A DNA stretch of 64,000 nt, from contig NC_134027.1 of NCBI RefSeq assembly GCF_964204645.1, forward strand, positions 20,236,560 to 20,300,559, given 5' to 3'. The DNA is from Tubulanus polymorphus. Lineage: Eukaryota; Animalia; Nemertea. The translations under genes were made by a program, and so were the position numbers. The notes under the pieces were generated by a model. That model ran no database searches and had not been told where the DNA came from. It saw only the letters and a list, made by a program, of their open reading frames with translations. Below are positions 27,396 to 39,167 of the stretch, one piece after another (position 1 is the first letter of the stretch; each line of letters starts with the position of its first letter).

Positions 27396-28376
27396 TTATG
27401 TTCTTCCAGAGCGTAACAACAATTTCATTTGTTCTTTGAAGTTCTTACTGTATACATAATAAAATATACCGTTTACAGCTGAATTCAGGGCTTGAGAGAT
27501 ATCATTCAAGAGCAATATCGTCCAAGTCACAGACCAAGGATAATAAAGTCTCAGAATATTGTATAACATATCAGGGGAAACTGACACCATGAATAAAGAG
27601 GATGCGATAAATACCATTCTATGCGCCGTTCCATCTTGTTTATTTTGTTTAGTGTCTGTACTCGTCAGTTGGTTCCTATTTTTAGCGTGAATGTGTAATT
27701 TGATTATCATGATCAAATTCAAAAGTGGCACAAGAGCAAATGGCAAATATGTCGAGAAAATACTTTCTAACAAATACGAGTATTTGTGAGGATTTTGAAC
27801 TGTTTTGGCACCGAGGACAGAGAGGCCGTATGAACATGTCTTTTTCACATGCGCAACAATCCTGTCTTGCGCGCGATATGAAGATACTCCACACCATATC
27901 AGAATACAAACGGCTGAAAATGCATAACAATGTTTCAGATTCCAGTGTCTTTTAGCTTTAAGCGGAAAACAAATGTGAAATGCTCGATCGAACGCTACTA
28001 ATAATGTAAGACTGTTGCGAATGTATGAACCCCATTTTGAGATGATATTTCCCGCAATATAAAGCCCAGGAGCTCCCAAATCTCCGTCTAAATAAAATCC
28101 TGTTTTTCCATAGCGAATAAGTTTCAAAATCCAAACTAAATGGTTATAAATGATTATAGCGATGCAACAGACAATATCAAAAACAGCTAATAACAATAAG
28201 ATGAAATGTGAAGTCGCGGAATTATTCATTTTATGTAGTCGATAAAGTACAATCATAGTAACTGAGTTTGTTATGAGGCCAAACCATCCGATCGGTCCTA
28301 TCACAGTCGCTGCAACAAAATTCCAAACTACGCGATCGTGAGGGAGGCATTTCTTCACAACCGTGGCGTTTAACAT
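27396..28376 (-). CDS. Intronless class A GPCR (peptide-receptor-like / chemoreceptor-like), 326 aa
   Basis: Seven hydrophobic segments; N-terminal NAT sequon; TM1 GLITN, TM2 LAVFD, TM3 FDRAFHICFPLKA, TM5 LPF, TM6 SVSP, TM7 NSAVNGIFY, helix 8 SKNFKEQM. First ATG at 28376. Confidence 0.9.
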   Translation of the reverse strand: MLNATVVKKCLPHDRVVWNFVAATVIGPIGWFGLITNSVTMIVLYRLHKMNNSATSHFILLLLAVFDIVCCIAIIIYNHLVWILKLIRYGKTGFYLDGDLGAPGLYIAGNIISKWGSYIRNSLTLLVAFDRAFHICFPLKAKRHWNLKHCYAFSAVCILIWCGVSSYRAQDRIVAHVKKTCSYGLSVLGAKTVQNPHKYSYLLESIFSTYLPFALVPLLNLIMIIKLHIHAKNRNQLTSTDTKQNKQDGTAHRMVFIASSLFMVSVSPDMLYNILRLYYPWSVTWTILLLNDISQALNSAVNGIFYYVYSKNFKEQMKLLLRSGRT

Positions 28377-28724
28377 ACTGCATACAAAGTGTGTGATGGT
28401 AAAGAAGTATCGGTTGACGCTGCGCACAAGTCGAATCGCATCAGAAGACCACACCTTCGATTCTGGAATATTTTTGCGTAGCAAGAAAATTACATAGTTG
28501 AAACACTGTATCGTTGAATAACATACATTAGACAGCAGTGCTTCCAGTGAGGCAAATTCACAAGTTCATATAACATTATTTGATCGAAGTCACCTGGAAT
28601 ACGAAATATTTTCTTCGTATTTTACAAAATCCGAGGTCATCGCCGAAATGAATCTAATATATTAGATTAATCATTTCGCCGATGACCTTGGACGCACGAA
28701 AAACGAGTAATCATCAAATATGTT

Positions 28725-28795
28725 CATCGAGTGCAACAACAATTTCATCTGTTCTTTGGAGTTTTTACTTAAAACAGTAGAATATACCATGAAAT
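28725..28795 (-). pseudogene. Remnant of the 3' end of a paralog of the 27396-28376 GPCR
   Basis: Translates SKNSKEQMKLLLHS versus SKNFKEQMKLLLRS; DNA AACAACAATTTCATCTGTTCTTTG matches 27415-27438. Confidence 0.65.
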
Positions 28796-29284
28796 ATGTG
28801 TATGACAATGTCAAAATGTGTACAAGTCTGGATTTTTTCCCTTCTTTCACATACATTGTTCTTTATTTTCAAACGATCTCGAAACGTTCCTCGATAGCCA
28901 TATGCAACTGCATACTCGATAAGACGATAACCTTAAACCATCTGGTGTTACTTAACGCCCTGACCATACAGTGATGTTCGTTGATAATCCTATTATCTTA
29001 CTCTTCAAACAAGAGCTTTTCTAGAACTAAAATACATCTATATGAAGTAAATCATGCAAAGTTTATTTCAGTGGTCTGACACCAAAGTTTTCTTGGCTTA
29101 AAAAATTAAAAATAAATTCTCACACGCTCGAATTTATTTTTATTTTTCACTCACTCAACCTTTCAACCTCTGATATGAAACAACACTTACCCTATTACTC
29201 TAATAATATTCATATATATGAACATTATATAAATGAATATCATATTAATGAAATCAATTTTAATTAAAAAAATATGTATAATAA

Positions 29285-29626
29285 ATGGAAAGTAAACAAA
29301 CACACGGTGAATTCTTAGATAGAATCAAAGATACTACAAATGTCAAATCTGTAGATTATAGATTCAAAAAGTTAACAGAATTAACATTACATAAGAAATA
29401 TTTAATTACAAATATTGAAACAATTACTAATAGATATGGTAATAAATCAGTTATTCACTTAGAATATGAAGGATTAAAAGGAAATGAATATAAATTTAGA
29501 ACATATTTACCAGATAGATTTCATAGATTATCTAGTGACGATAAAGAAAAAGTGTGTTCTGGTGATTTCTATTTCATATGTAAAGGTAAGAATGAAAAAG
29601 GATGTCATGATATAGATTTCGAATAA
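29285..29626 (+). CDS. Small viral protein, 113 aa, possibly OB-fold/ssDNA-binding
   Basis: Intact ORF starting at TAAATG. Beta-strand-like pattern FKKLTELTLHKKYLITNIETITNRYG...FRTYLPDRF resembles small proteins I recall from invertebrate Polintons. Function is inference. Confidence 0.6.
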   Translation: MESKQTHGEFLDRIKDTTNVKSVDYRFKKLTELTLHKKYLITNIETITNRYGNKSVIHLEYEGLKGNEYKFRTYLPDRFHRLSSDDKEKVCSGDFYFICKGKNEKGCHDIDFE

Positions 29627-29643
29627 AAAAATACATAAAATAA

Positions 29644-30080
29644 ATGCAAGATAAATTAAAAGAATATAGTATATTTGTTGATTCAAGAAGACTTACATAT
29701 TATATATCTCATAATTTATTGATACAACTAGATAGAGAATTTAGAAGTTGTGTTGATTTAAAATTAGTAGATATTAGCTTATGTAACTCATTTTACAATA
29801 TATCGAATAAAACTATTGAACATGGAGCCTTTTTAATTTTTAATAAAAATGAAAATGAATGGTTCTATACAAATTTAAAACTAAGGTTATATAATTTAGA
29901 AACATTATCACAAGAAATTAATAGAAAAGCCTGGCACAAATTAGGTAGTCATTCCGGGTTTAACCATTAGATTATTAAAAGTGATAGTTCTGATAAAATA
30001 AAGATAAGGTTATCCCATAGTGAAAAACATATAAATTTATCTTAAAAAAACCTATAGCTAAACTGTTAGGAATTCCACCA
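29644..30080 (+). pseudogene. Minor capsid (penton)-like protein, truncated
   Basis: LKLVDISLCNSFYNIS...LYNLETLSQEIN and, after a frameshift, PIAKLLGI: the YNIS / Y..L...IN / LLG pattern typical of Polinton/PLV single jelly-roll pentons. C-terminal half missing. Confidence 0.5.
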
Positions 30081-30098
30081 AATTTTTTTAATAAATAA

Positions 30099-30330
30099 AT
30101 GAGTGATAATAAGTAGATAATAACTGGTTTATATAATGGAGCATTACTATCAGTGGGAACGGTTGGTTATACAATGTTATTGAAGAAAGTATTCAAAATG
30201 GGAAATATTAATGTTGATAGATTTGATATCAATGATATTCTAAAATTAACATTAGCAGTAACTTTATCTTATTTAACAATTGATTATTTGGAAAAACAAA
30301 AATATTCCTCCTATGAACGCATAATTTTTG
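30099..30330 (+). pseudogene. Small two-helix hydrophobic viral protein
   Basis: TAAATG start; MSDNK*IITGLYNGALLSVGTVGYTMLLKKVF...ILKLTLAVTLSYLTIDYLEKQK; one in-frame stop. Confidence 0.55.
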
Positions 30331-30338
30331 TTAAATAA

Positions 30339-30682
30339 ATGGCTTCTGCATAACTATTATAGGATCGGCAATTGTTAACGATTTAGCATTTACAGGTGGT
30401 GGTTATTTATTTAAGCATATTGATAAAATGGTTCATTATCAGACAAAATTATATGGATTATATAAACAAAGAATTATACAATCAGAAAATTTCACATAGA
30501 GATTTTCAATCAGTCGATGATGCTATGAGTTTATATAACGCAGTAACAAATAAAGAAAAATTACATCTATATAAACCTACAATATCAGATAATTATTCCC
30601 CAAGTAATGAACAACAAAAATATGAAATAATTTGGATTTAACTGTTATTGTTATATTTGTAGCATATAAATTTACAAATTAA
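30339..30682 (+). pseudogene. Small viral membrane protein
   Basis: TAAATG start; IIGSAIVNDLAFTGGGYLF...DYINKELYNQKISHRDFQSVDDAMSLY...PTISDNYSPSNEQQKYEII followed by a hydrophobic tail; frameshifted. Confidence 0.55.
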
Positions 30683-30708
30683 TTATATATTATTTTTTTG
30701 TTAAATAA

Positions 30709-31129
30709 ATGGATGATAAAGTTGATAATATTGATATTATTCCTCAGGATATAAATAAAACTAAATTAAAATTATATCTAGAAAAACAAATATTAGAATT
30801 TGAAAATGACTTAAAGATAAAAAAGAAAATATATTGAAAATCTAGAACTATATATTATTTATTATAAGTGGTTCAGTTACAATTAGTTCTGTAATAACAT
30901 TTTTAGCAATATTCAGTCCATAAACACCTTTAGCTATATCAATTGGCGTGCTAGGTTTAATTTCAAGTGTTTTAACTGGTATAAGCTCAAAATTGAATAT
31001 AAAAAGTAATAAAGAAAAATAAAATCTAATATAAAAGAAATTAATAAATTAAAAAATAGATTAGATTATATAATTAGTTTGAATGGAAATATTACAACTG
31101 AAGAACAAGATAAATTATTAAAAGAATGA
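30709..31129 (+). pseudogene. Viral coiled-coil / two-TM protein
   Basis: TAAATG start; charged helix, then ISGSVTISSVITFLAIFSP*TPLAISIGVLGLISSVLTGIS, then a charged helix ending GNITTEEQDKLLKE. Confidence 0.55.
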
Positions 31130-31157
31130 ATAAATTATTAATTTTTTTATTATATAA

Positions 31158-32492
31158 ATGGTAGATAGTTTTCCAAAAGCTTTCCAATATAATAGATTAA
31201 TTAAATATAACATTCCAGCAATAGATTTTAATAAAAATATTTACATACAAAAATAAAGTTTTAAATTCATTAATTAATTTAGATATTTATGTTTCTGAAA
31301 CTAATAATTTCAATGTAAAGATGGAAAATATTTTTCATGTATACTTAATTATTTTTAAAAAATTGAAAGATGAAAAACGATGGTTATTAAAATCTAATAT
31401 GAAGTAATGAAGTATTGGCAGAACCAATTACATTATGCAGTTTATTGTGCAACAACAGGATGTGGAATTAGTTGGAATGATCATTTAAATAAATCAAAAT
31501 ATTATAAATCCAAAGTTTATTTAGATTTCATACATACTTTCAAATAAGATTAATATTAAATAAATTAGAGTGTCTAGATATTTTAAAGAATTAGATAACA
31601 ATATTAATTTGTCAAGGTTTTATAAAGTTTGTAATGAATATAATATAAATATGAATAATTCTGATTTTCGAACAAAAATTGGAACAATAAGATCACTTCC
31701 TTGTCCTGAAAATATTTTACAATATTGCACACTTTTCATACCATCTAATAGTTTTTATTATATCTATAATAATAAATTAGGTTATGGTAAAATAGAAAAT
31801 ATGGATTTAAAAACATTAAATTCCAATAAATTACCGAAATTTTATGACAATTTAAAACAAGAAAACAATAATGGTTGGGTTTATTTCATTTTAGAAAATA
31901 GTGAAGGTTTTACAAAATCAGGTATACAAAGAATAAATCAATCTATAAGAATATAGTTGATTTGTATATTAGGATCATAGGTTGAAACAAGATCCCCAAT
32001 AATTGGAAATTTAAATACATCATTTGATACACAAAAACAATTCACAGTATTATTTGAAGATTATATTCATAATGATAAAAACAGATCGATTCCAGAAATC
32101 ATTGTAAGATATCAAAATTATTTAGATAAATCTCATGTAAGATTAAATTATTGTATAGGTCCTAATTTATTAATTATTTCTGATGATTTAATATTAAAAA
32201 TGGGAAATATAATTGGTTATAATAATTTGATTAAAACTGCAACAATAAATAATTCATTTGGATTAAATGATATATATATATATAAAAATTATGACTGCTC
32301 CAAAACTAATGGAAGGTGAAAACATTTAAAAAAATATTCAATCAACTGAAACTAAAACAAAGAATATTAAATCGAAAAATGATTTTAGAATAAATATTAC
32401 AATACATCAGAAAATATAAAAACTGAAAATACTAAATTAGCTATAACTTGTATAGGTATGATAAAGGAGGAATATTATATTTCAAATTTTGA
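31158..32492 (+). pseudogene. Conserved viral protein of unknown function (W.NQL..A.YCATTGCG family) with C-terminal hydrophobic tail
   Basis: TAAATG start; YWQNQLHYAVYCATTGCGISW, SEGFTKSGIQRINQSI, CILGS*VETRSPIIG, IIGYNNLI. I recall these motifs from uncharacterised proteins of invertebrate endogenous DNA-virus elements; not verified by search. Confidence 0.55.
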
Positions 32493-32508
32493 TTTTTATA
32501 AGATATAA

Positions 32509-34250
32509 ATGGATGTAGAAGGTGGATAAGATATTCCAATGGATACTTTTGATGAACCCGCTATTACCGATGAACAACAACCTGATTTTAATTAAACTAA
32601 TACTGATAATGATAATGAAACAGCATATAATTCTAATCTAAATAATGATGATGGATATGATGATGATTTTAGTGGATATAGTGATTATGAAGAATATAAA
32701 GATGATATTGAAACAAATGAAAAATTAATAGATAATTTTAAAGCTCCCGATAGGAAAGTAATTAAAACTAAAAAAGAAAGAAAACATTTAATTAATAGAT
32801 TTAAAAAAACAGATAATCCTATATTGAAAAAATATTTATTAATCATAAAACATAGTGTAACAAATACAGTTATTGATGAAATATTACCAAAAGATGTAAC
32901 ATATAACATTGAACCAGACGATATTTCAGAACAAATTAGAAAAGGTGATCAATTTTTCATGTCTAATTTATAGTTTAAAAATGATTCATAGTTTATAACC
33001 TTGAATTAAATGATAAACTTGTATGAATAAAATTATCTAAAATGGGGCAAGAAGATCTGTTCCATCCTGGAATGTTAGCAAGATCTTCAATTGAAAAATC
33101 AAAAGGTGGTTCAAAATTTATCAGAATTATATGGAATGCACTCGAAAGAGTAAATGAAGAAGAACCAATTGAGAATATTTATATTAACAAATATTCACCA
33201 TTTAAAAATCCAAATTCAAATCCTTTTAATGTTGATCCAGAAATGAAAGAGTATGGAGATCGATTAGATAAATTATGAACTTCAACACCAGAAACATCGA
33301 GAAGAGACACTCAACCAATTAGTAATGATTCAAGTCAATTAGAAGTAGTATTAGAAAAAACAAATTGAAAGACCAAATAATTCAGAAGAACAGATAAATG
33401 GTACTTTAGATACATCTGATACTGTAACCGGAACAAATCAAATGCAACTTGAATTGGAAGGATTTCTTGATTTAACTGAAGAAGAATTAAAAATATTTCC
33501 TGAACAAACACGATGAGAAATTAAAGGTGTGCAAAAATCAGCTGATTAAATTGCGCACGATAAAAGTATAAGAGATTTTAAGATTAAAACTTTAAAAAAA
33601 AGAATTATCTGAATCAAATGAAGAATTAAACATTTAAAATCTCATTTAGATCATCAATTAATTGATTAAATTGAATATAGACAAAAAGAATTATGTTTAG
33701 AAAAAGAAATTGATGATTTAAAATATAATTTAGAATTACAGAAAGAAGAAAAAAAAACTATTATTAAAATCATATATGATTATTGTATTAATAGATTAAA
33801 AGTTATTATTAAAGATTTAATGATAAAACCAAATTCTAAAGTATCATTGAAAGAATGAATAAAATTATTATCTAAATTAGAATGTATCACAATTCTTTCA
33901 ATTCTAACAGCTGTAACTAATGATATTTACAACAATAGGTTTAGCTATATCAAATTCATTAAAAGCTACACCAAATCCTAATAAACCAGATAAACCACCA
34001 AATGATAATAATCTATACAAGATAAAGTTAAGGATGGTTTAAAAGAATTAGCAAAATATCTATGGGAACTATCTAAAGAATCTGCCGCAGCTTGACCTGG
34101 ATTTATAGCATCAATTGTTGGTTTTGTTTTAAAATCTGCTGGAAATATTATTAGTTTTGCCGCAGAACATATAATTTTATTTCTAATAACAGCTGTTAGT
34201 GCTACTATTTTGGACTAGTAAACATGATAAAAGATAAACAAGTAATAATT
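32509..34250 (+). pseudogene. Large viral protein: acidic N-terminus, coiled coil, hydrophobic C-terminal helices
   Basis: TAAATG start; MDVEGG*DIPMDTFDE...; C-terminus ITILSILTAV...KVKDGLKELAKYLWELSKESAAA*PGFIASIVGFVLKSAGNIISFAAEHIILFLI; multiple lesions. Confidence 0.55.
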
Positions 34251-34265
34251 ATTTTTCTTAAATAA

Positions 34266-35474
34266 ATGGGTGGGAGTTATATAAATCCTTCTAAGAATTG
34301 TAGAATATCTAATGCAATTTAAGCAGAGAGATCTCATCATATGATTACTCATAATCCTTCTAATATTAATCCCGATGAAACTTTATATGTTAGAATTCCT
34401 CGATTAACATAAAATACTTTTTATGTTTTAAATAGTATTTATTTATCAGCTGATATAAAAGTAACTGGTAATAATCATAATTATGTCGTAGATAATGTTG
34501 GAAGATATTTAATTAGAAAATTAATTATAAAGATTGGACCAGAAACAGTTTTTTTCATTAGATGATTATAATTTATTTACGCATTGTAATGATTTATGGT
34601 TAACAAAAGAAAATAGAAATAATATGATATTTCAAGGCATCCAATCAGAAAAACAAAATAAATTAAGACCAGAAGCTAATAATTGATTAAAACGATTTAT
34701 GGAAGCAAATATAAAATTCCATTAGACTTCGAATTGATAAATAGTAATGCGCCTTTATATAAATATGCTATTCAAGAAGATATTATATTCGAAATAACAA
34801 TTGCTCCTGTTAATGAAATTGTATTATATAGCGTTGATAAAGATATGGATTATAAATTATCAAATAAATGTTTAGAATATGACACAGTAACTAATGAAAA
34901 TATTGCTAACACAATTCAAACTAAATACAATCAAGGATTTTCATTATTCTATGATTATATTGATAAATTTAAAACTGTAACGATTAATGCAAATGATGAA
35001 ATAATTGATGAGAATATTAACTTCCCAAGAAGATCTATTAAAGGTATATTAATACTTTTTACCATTGCAACATATTCTAATGGTGCAATTAAAGTTGATA
35101 ATTATTATAATCCTGAAATATCAAAAGTAGAAATAAATAACTATCGAAGGAATAGCAAATAAAATATTTTGTCAGGGAATGAGAATGATTGATCAATGGG
35201 TTAAATTAAAAAATATTTTATGAATGGAAAAATAAAATCATCTGAAGATTGTAATATTAATCAAATTGATTACAATACCGGCAATAAATATACAGTATGG
35301 TTAGATTTTAGGACGAAAGAGGATAAATTATACATGGTTCTGGGAAAAAAATTGCAAAATACAAAAGATGAAATACAATTATTTATGAAAAAGAAAAAAG
35401 GAGGTTTAAATTATAAAATGCATATTTATATCATATCTGACGCGCAATTAAATATTATATTATTAGTTTTCTAA
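34266..35474 (+). pseudogene. Major capsid protein (double jelly-roll-like) of the Polinton-like element
   Basis: TAAATG start; ITHNPSNINPDETLYVRIP, VVDNVGRYLIRKLIIKIG, DLWLTKENRNNMIFQGI, YGSKYKIPLDFELI, YKLSNKCLEYDTV, NINFPRRSIKGILILF, VWLDFRT. About 400 codons, beta-rich; motif order as in PLV-type capsids. Confidence 0.7.
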
Positions 35475-35842
35475 CACAATTAATCGTGTTAAATGTTTTA
35501 TCAATTAATTTATTTGAAACGAATATAATTTCAGACTGTTGATATTCTGAATGTATTATGTAATGTAGTCTTTTATTTTGTAATTAGATGATACAATTAT
35601 TTCTATTTATTATACAAATATCTTATTAAATTTGTGTTTATTTTTTGTTTTTATTCATATTTAGTTCATTAGGAATGAATTCATTAAATCTTATTTTCAG
35701 TCCTGCTAGTTGATTCAACAAAATATAATCATCGAATCTTATTTTCAGTCTTACTCCTTACTACATTCAAAATTAATTATTTAAATCTTATTTTAGGTCC
35801 TATAATCTAATGCACTAAAATTGAATTTATCAAATCTTATTT

Positions 35843-36156
35843 TTATTCAAATCTATAATATGATATCCGTTTTTATCTTTACCTAAGTATGTTGAATAAA
35901 ACTCACCTGAACATAAATCTTCAACATCTTTTAATAATTTATTGAAGCTATTTAGTAAATAAGTTTAAATTTCTATTTAGTAAATAAGTTTAATTTTCTT
36001 CTTTAAACCATCAAACATATTTTTGATAAATATATATGTTAGTTCATTTGATTTCTTATACTTATTTTCTGTAATTCTAGCAGCAGTTGTATCGTTTATT
36101 CTCTGAAGAAAGCTATTTTGGTTATGCGATTGTTTGTTGTCTTTATTTCCTACCAT
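35843..36156 (-). pseudogene. Diverged inverted paralog of the 29285-29626 gene
   Basis: TAAATG start on minus strand; KQSHNQNSFLQRINDTT...YKKSNELT...DGLK...LCSGEFYSTYLGKDKNGYHIID aligns with KQTHGEFLDRIKDTT...FKKLTELT...EGLK...VCSGDFYFICKGKNEKGCHDID. Confidence 0.7.
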
Positions 36157-37289
36157 TTAATTACTAAATCTTTGTTAAATTCAAAATTATTCTACATACA
36201 CAAATTACAATTATACGTATTAGTAAAGGTGGGCTTTCATATCAGAGGTTGAAGTCGGGAAAAATAAAAACATCAAAATAGTGAAATATATAGCTATGTT
36301 ATCATTTGTTTATCGAGAAAAAAATCATATTTTTCTATAGATGAATCAATAGCAGAAATTATGAATTATTTAACCATTTGAATATTTTGATACCTTTGGT
36401 ATAAAAACCCACACCATTAACCTGCTCATTTGACCGGTGGCGAATAAAATGATAAATTTCTCGAGATTTCGGGGAATTTTTTCAAAAGTCCTGCCACTTT
36501 TCAGTGTTCGGGCATCTCAACGATTGTAAGACAGCTCTACTGCATGCCAGTAGTGCAGTTAGAGCAGCCACCTTGGACTAGCCCGTTATCTAGCGGACAA
36601 TTAAGTCAGTAACTCAGTCACGCCTGAGGTGACATTGCCCACATTTCTAGGTTTTCATCGTCACTCCCACGTGACCAGGCCAAGGTTTTAAGCTCAATGA
36701 ATCACCAAGACAACGCCAAGATTTTTTTGCTTGCTTAATATGGTGAAAAACCTAATCATTGAGATTTGAAGTTAATTCTCAAATTAATTTTTCCTTACTG
36801 ACGCAAGAAGCATAAACTCAGTTTCAAAACCTGCAACCATTCTTTATTAAGAACAGGATCATGACTGATCACTTTGTATAGTTGATCGGCATCAGCGTAC
36901 ATCAGCTTTACGAGTCTGTATATTTCATTCCCCCGAAATTGAGATTGATAGAAACTCCTGACGAAATAGATATTCATTTGATAATTGCGGATTTTATTTA
37001 TATCATTCGCAAGTGTTGTTTATAATAGAATGATCAAAATGAAAATGGATATTTCGAGGACGATTTCATTCAAATCAAGTAAATAGTCGAGGATTCCAAA
37101 ATCTAGCATTAGATTCATAACTGCATCGTTTGATAAAGTTATTTTTCATTACTCGAGAGAACCTCTGCATTTTCCTTAAATTGAACCGGAGTTCGTATAT
37201 CAATTACTGCGTCATTATGTTTCTGGCATACGTGCGTTTTAACTTAGATCGAAATCTTTCGAATTGGAATATTTTTTGGTGGTAGAATT

Positions 37290-38291
37290 ATGAATCTAAC
37301 ATCACTGCAATTGCCATCGGGAGTGTTGGCAATCGACTGTCGAGTATATGTTCAATTTCATAGTTTATCCCTTATGGATTTTCGGTAGAATGGGCAATAT
37401 ATTTACGTTAGTTTTACTCAGTCTATTGCACCATGAATTAGACCTCGTTGTCATTGGCTGCGTCCGATCTCATATATTTGAATACAACGTCACTGAAAAG
37501 GATTAGCTTGGCTTCGGGAACGGGCTTTGGTATCTACGTCTTTTACACTTCTGAATTAATTTGTAAGTTTCTACTCGTTACGGCAAATATTTCGTGTATT
37601 TGAAGTCTAGAGAGAACGTTTGCCGTTTGGATGCCCTTAAGGGCAGCTATATCTCTTACCAAACCACGGCGTCGCACTTTGATTGTATCTCAATGGATCA
37701 TCGTCATAGCGGTAGAGGGTGCCATGTCCAATTTATTTGGCATTCGTGTCACGAATGGACAGCAGAAGAACTACATACTTCTTTTTGTAAAAACTGAAGA
37801 GGATGCCATTTTGCGATATTTATTATGATGTACATAACAGCGACGCTCTACACCGTTCCATATCTTATGAACTTCTCGTGTATTGTTTTTATAGCTATAA
37901 GACTGGTATAAGACCTGGACAGCTTCTTCGACAAATTCACAGAATACCATTTCAAAACAAGATAAAACTTGCTTAAGAAATCTGATGACGATAGCGTAAT
38001 TCTCTCGATGCCTAACAATTTGGTCAATGCACTGAATACGGATCCGTCAATTTTGACATGGCCACGTCAACCCCACATGCGTCAACTCATAACCTTGACA
38101 TCGTCGACACTTGAAACAATGCAATTAACTGCATTGTCTATTTCTTCAGCTTTAGGAAATTTCGAACTGAAATAAGGAACATTTTTAGACATTTCGCGAG
38201 TTCAAAAGAAAAGCAAGACAAACGAAGGATGACGTTTAAAAAAATTCAAATATATATTTTACAAGTCTCATCCGTAACAGGGAAGGTTTAA
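37290..38291 (+). pseudogene. Class A GPCR pseudogene
   Basis: MNLTS start; TM1 WIFGRMGNIFTLVLL; TM2 LAASDLIYL; TM3 ICKFLLVTANI...LERTFAVWMPLRA; helix 8 VYFFSFRKFRTEIR; several frameshifts. Confidence 0.78.
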
Positions 38292-39167
38292 AGAGGCAAA
38301 GTGCAGGGGTCATTATGGTAGTATTGAGGACTAGTGTTTAAGCGTGCATGACGTAAACATTAATGAATAAGATACTTTGTATAATAAACTTCTATGAATC
38401 ATAAACAACTCGAATTTTGTAGACATATGATATTTAGCGTATATAAATATAGAGAGAAAACGGTCGAAAACTATCGATAGGCAAATTAAATCGATTGCAC
38501 TTTCAAGAATATACATACATTTTTAGTTATACATTGGGGTAACACCAGGCGTTGGTTGGAATCAAATGGGAGCCGTTGATAAAATGTAAAGGTCCCACAA
38601 TCATATTGTCTAAAAAGTTGATAAAAATAATGGTATAGTGATACTACCTCTTCGTCTTAAATGTTTCTATATGTCCAATAAACCTTTTAGTAGTGGGACT
38701 TAAACGTTTTAGCACTGCATCATCGAGATATTGCAATTCACAGGGATTCAGCAGCTGTCAGTATTAGAAGACTCTTTTCATATACACTTTTATGATACAT
38801 TCTATGTACAGATTAATTGCAATGATCGATAATATTGAACGATGAAGACAACGGTATTCAATTTCCCTTATCTATAAAGCCTATCACACTGCAGCTATCA
38901 GCTAAGAAAAGAGTAGAGAACTTTTAATCCAGCTGATAGTGTGCTACAGGTAATCATGGAAAGTACTATTTAGATGACGTGTACCCTTAAAGTCCAAACA
39001 GTTGTCTCAAAAATCTAAAAAAAATTATGGTCTTGTTAGATTCACGACTGTGCAACTGGGCCCAGGTCAGTACCAGAAAATTAAATATCGACAGAGCTTG
39101 AGTTCCATTTTCGGTGTGATAAATGAATCGATCGATTTTCATCCATCGTAAGTTCCTCTCTCTCTTT

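Larger units (their letters stand above)
29162..36253 (+). mobile_element. Decayed endogenous Polinton-like dsDNA virus (structural module between TIRs)
   Basis: Abrupt shift to extreme AT richness. Perfect 19-bp inverted repeat TTCAACCTCTGATATGAAA (29162-29180 / 36235-36253). Compact intronless co-oriented genes including capsid-like and penton-like proteins, with many stops and frameshifts. Confidence 0.8.

Noticed and set aside
35685-35848. Repeat-spacer pattern superficially like CRISPR
   Set aside because: Repeats are short and degenerate, there are no cas genes, and the context is eukaryotic/viral.
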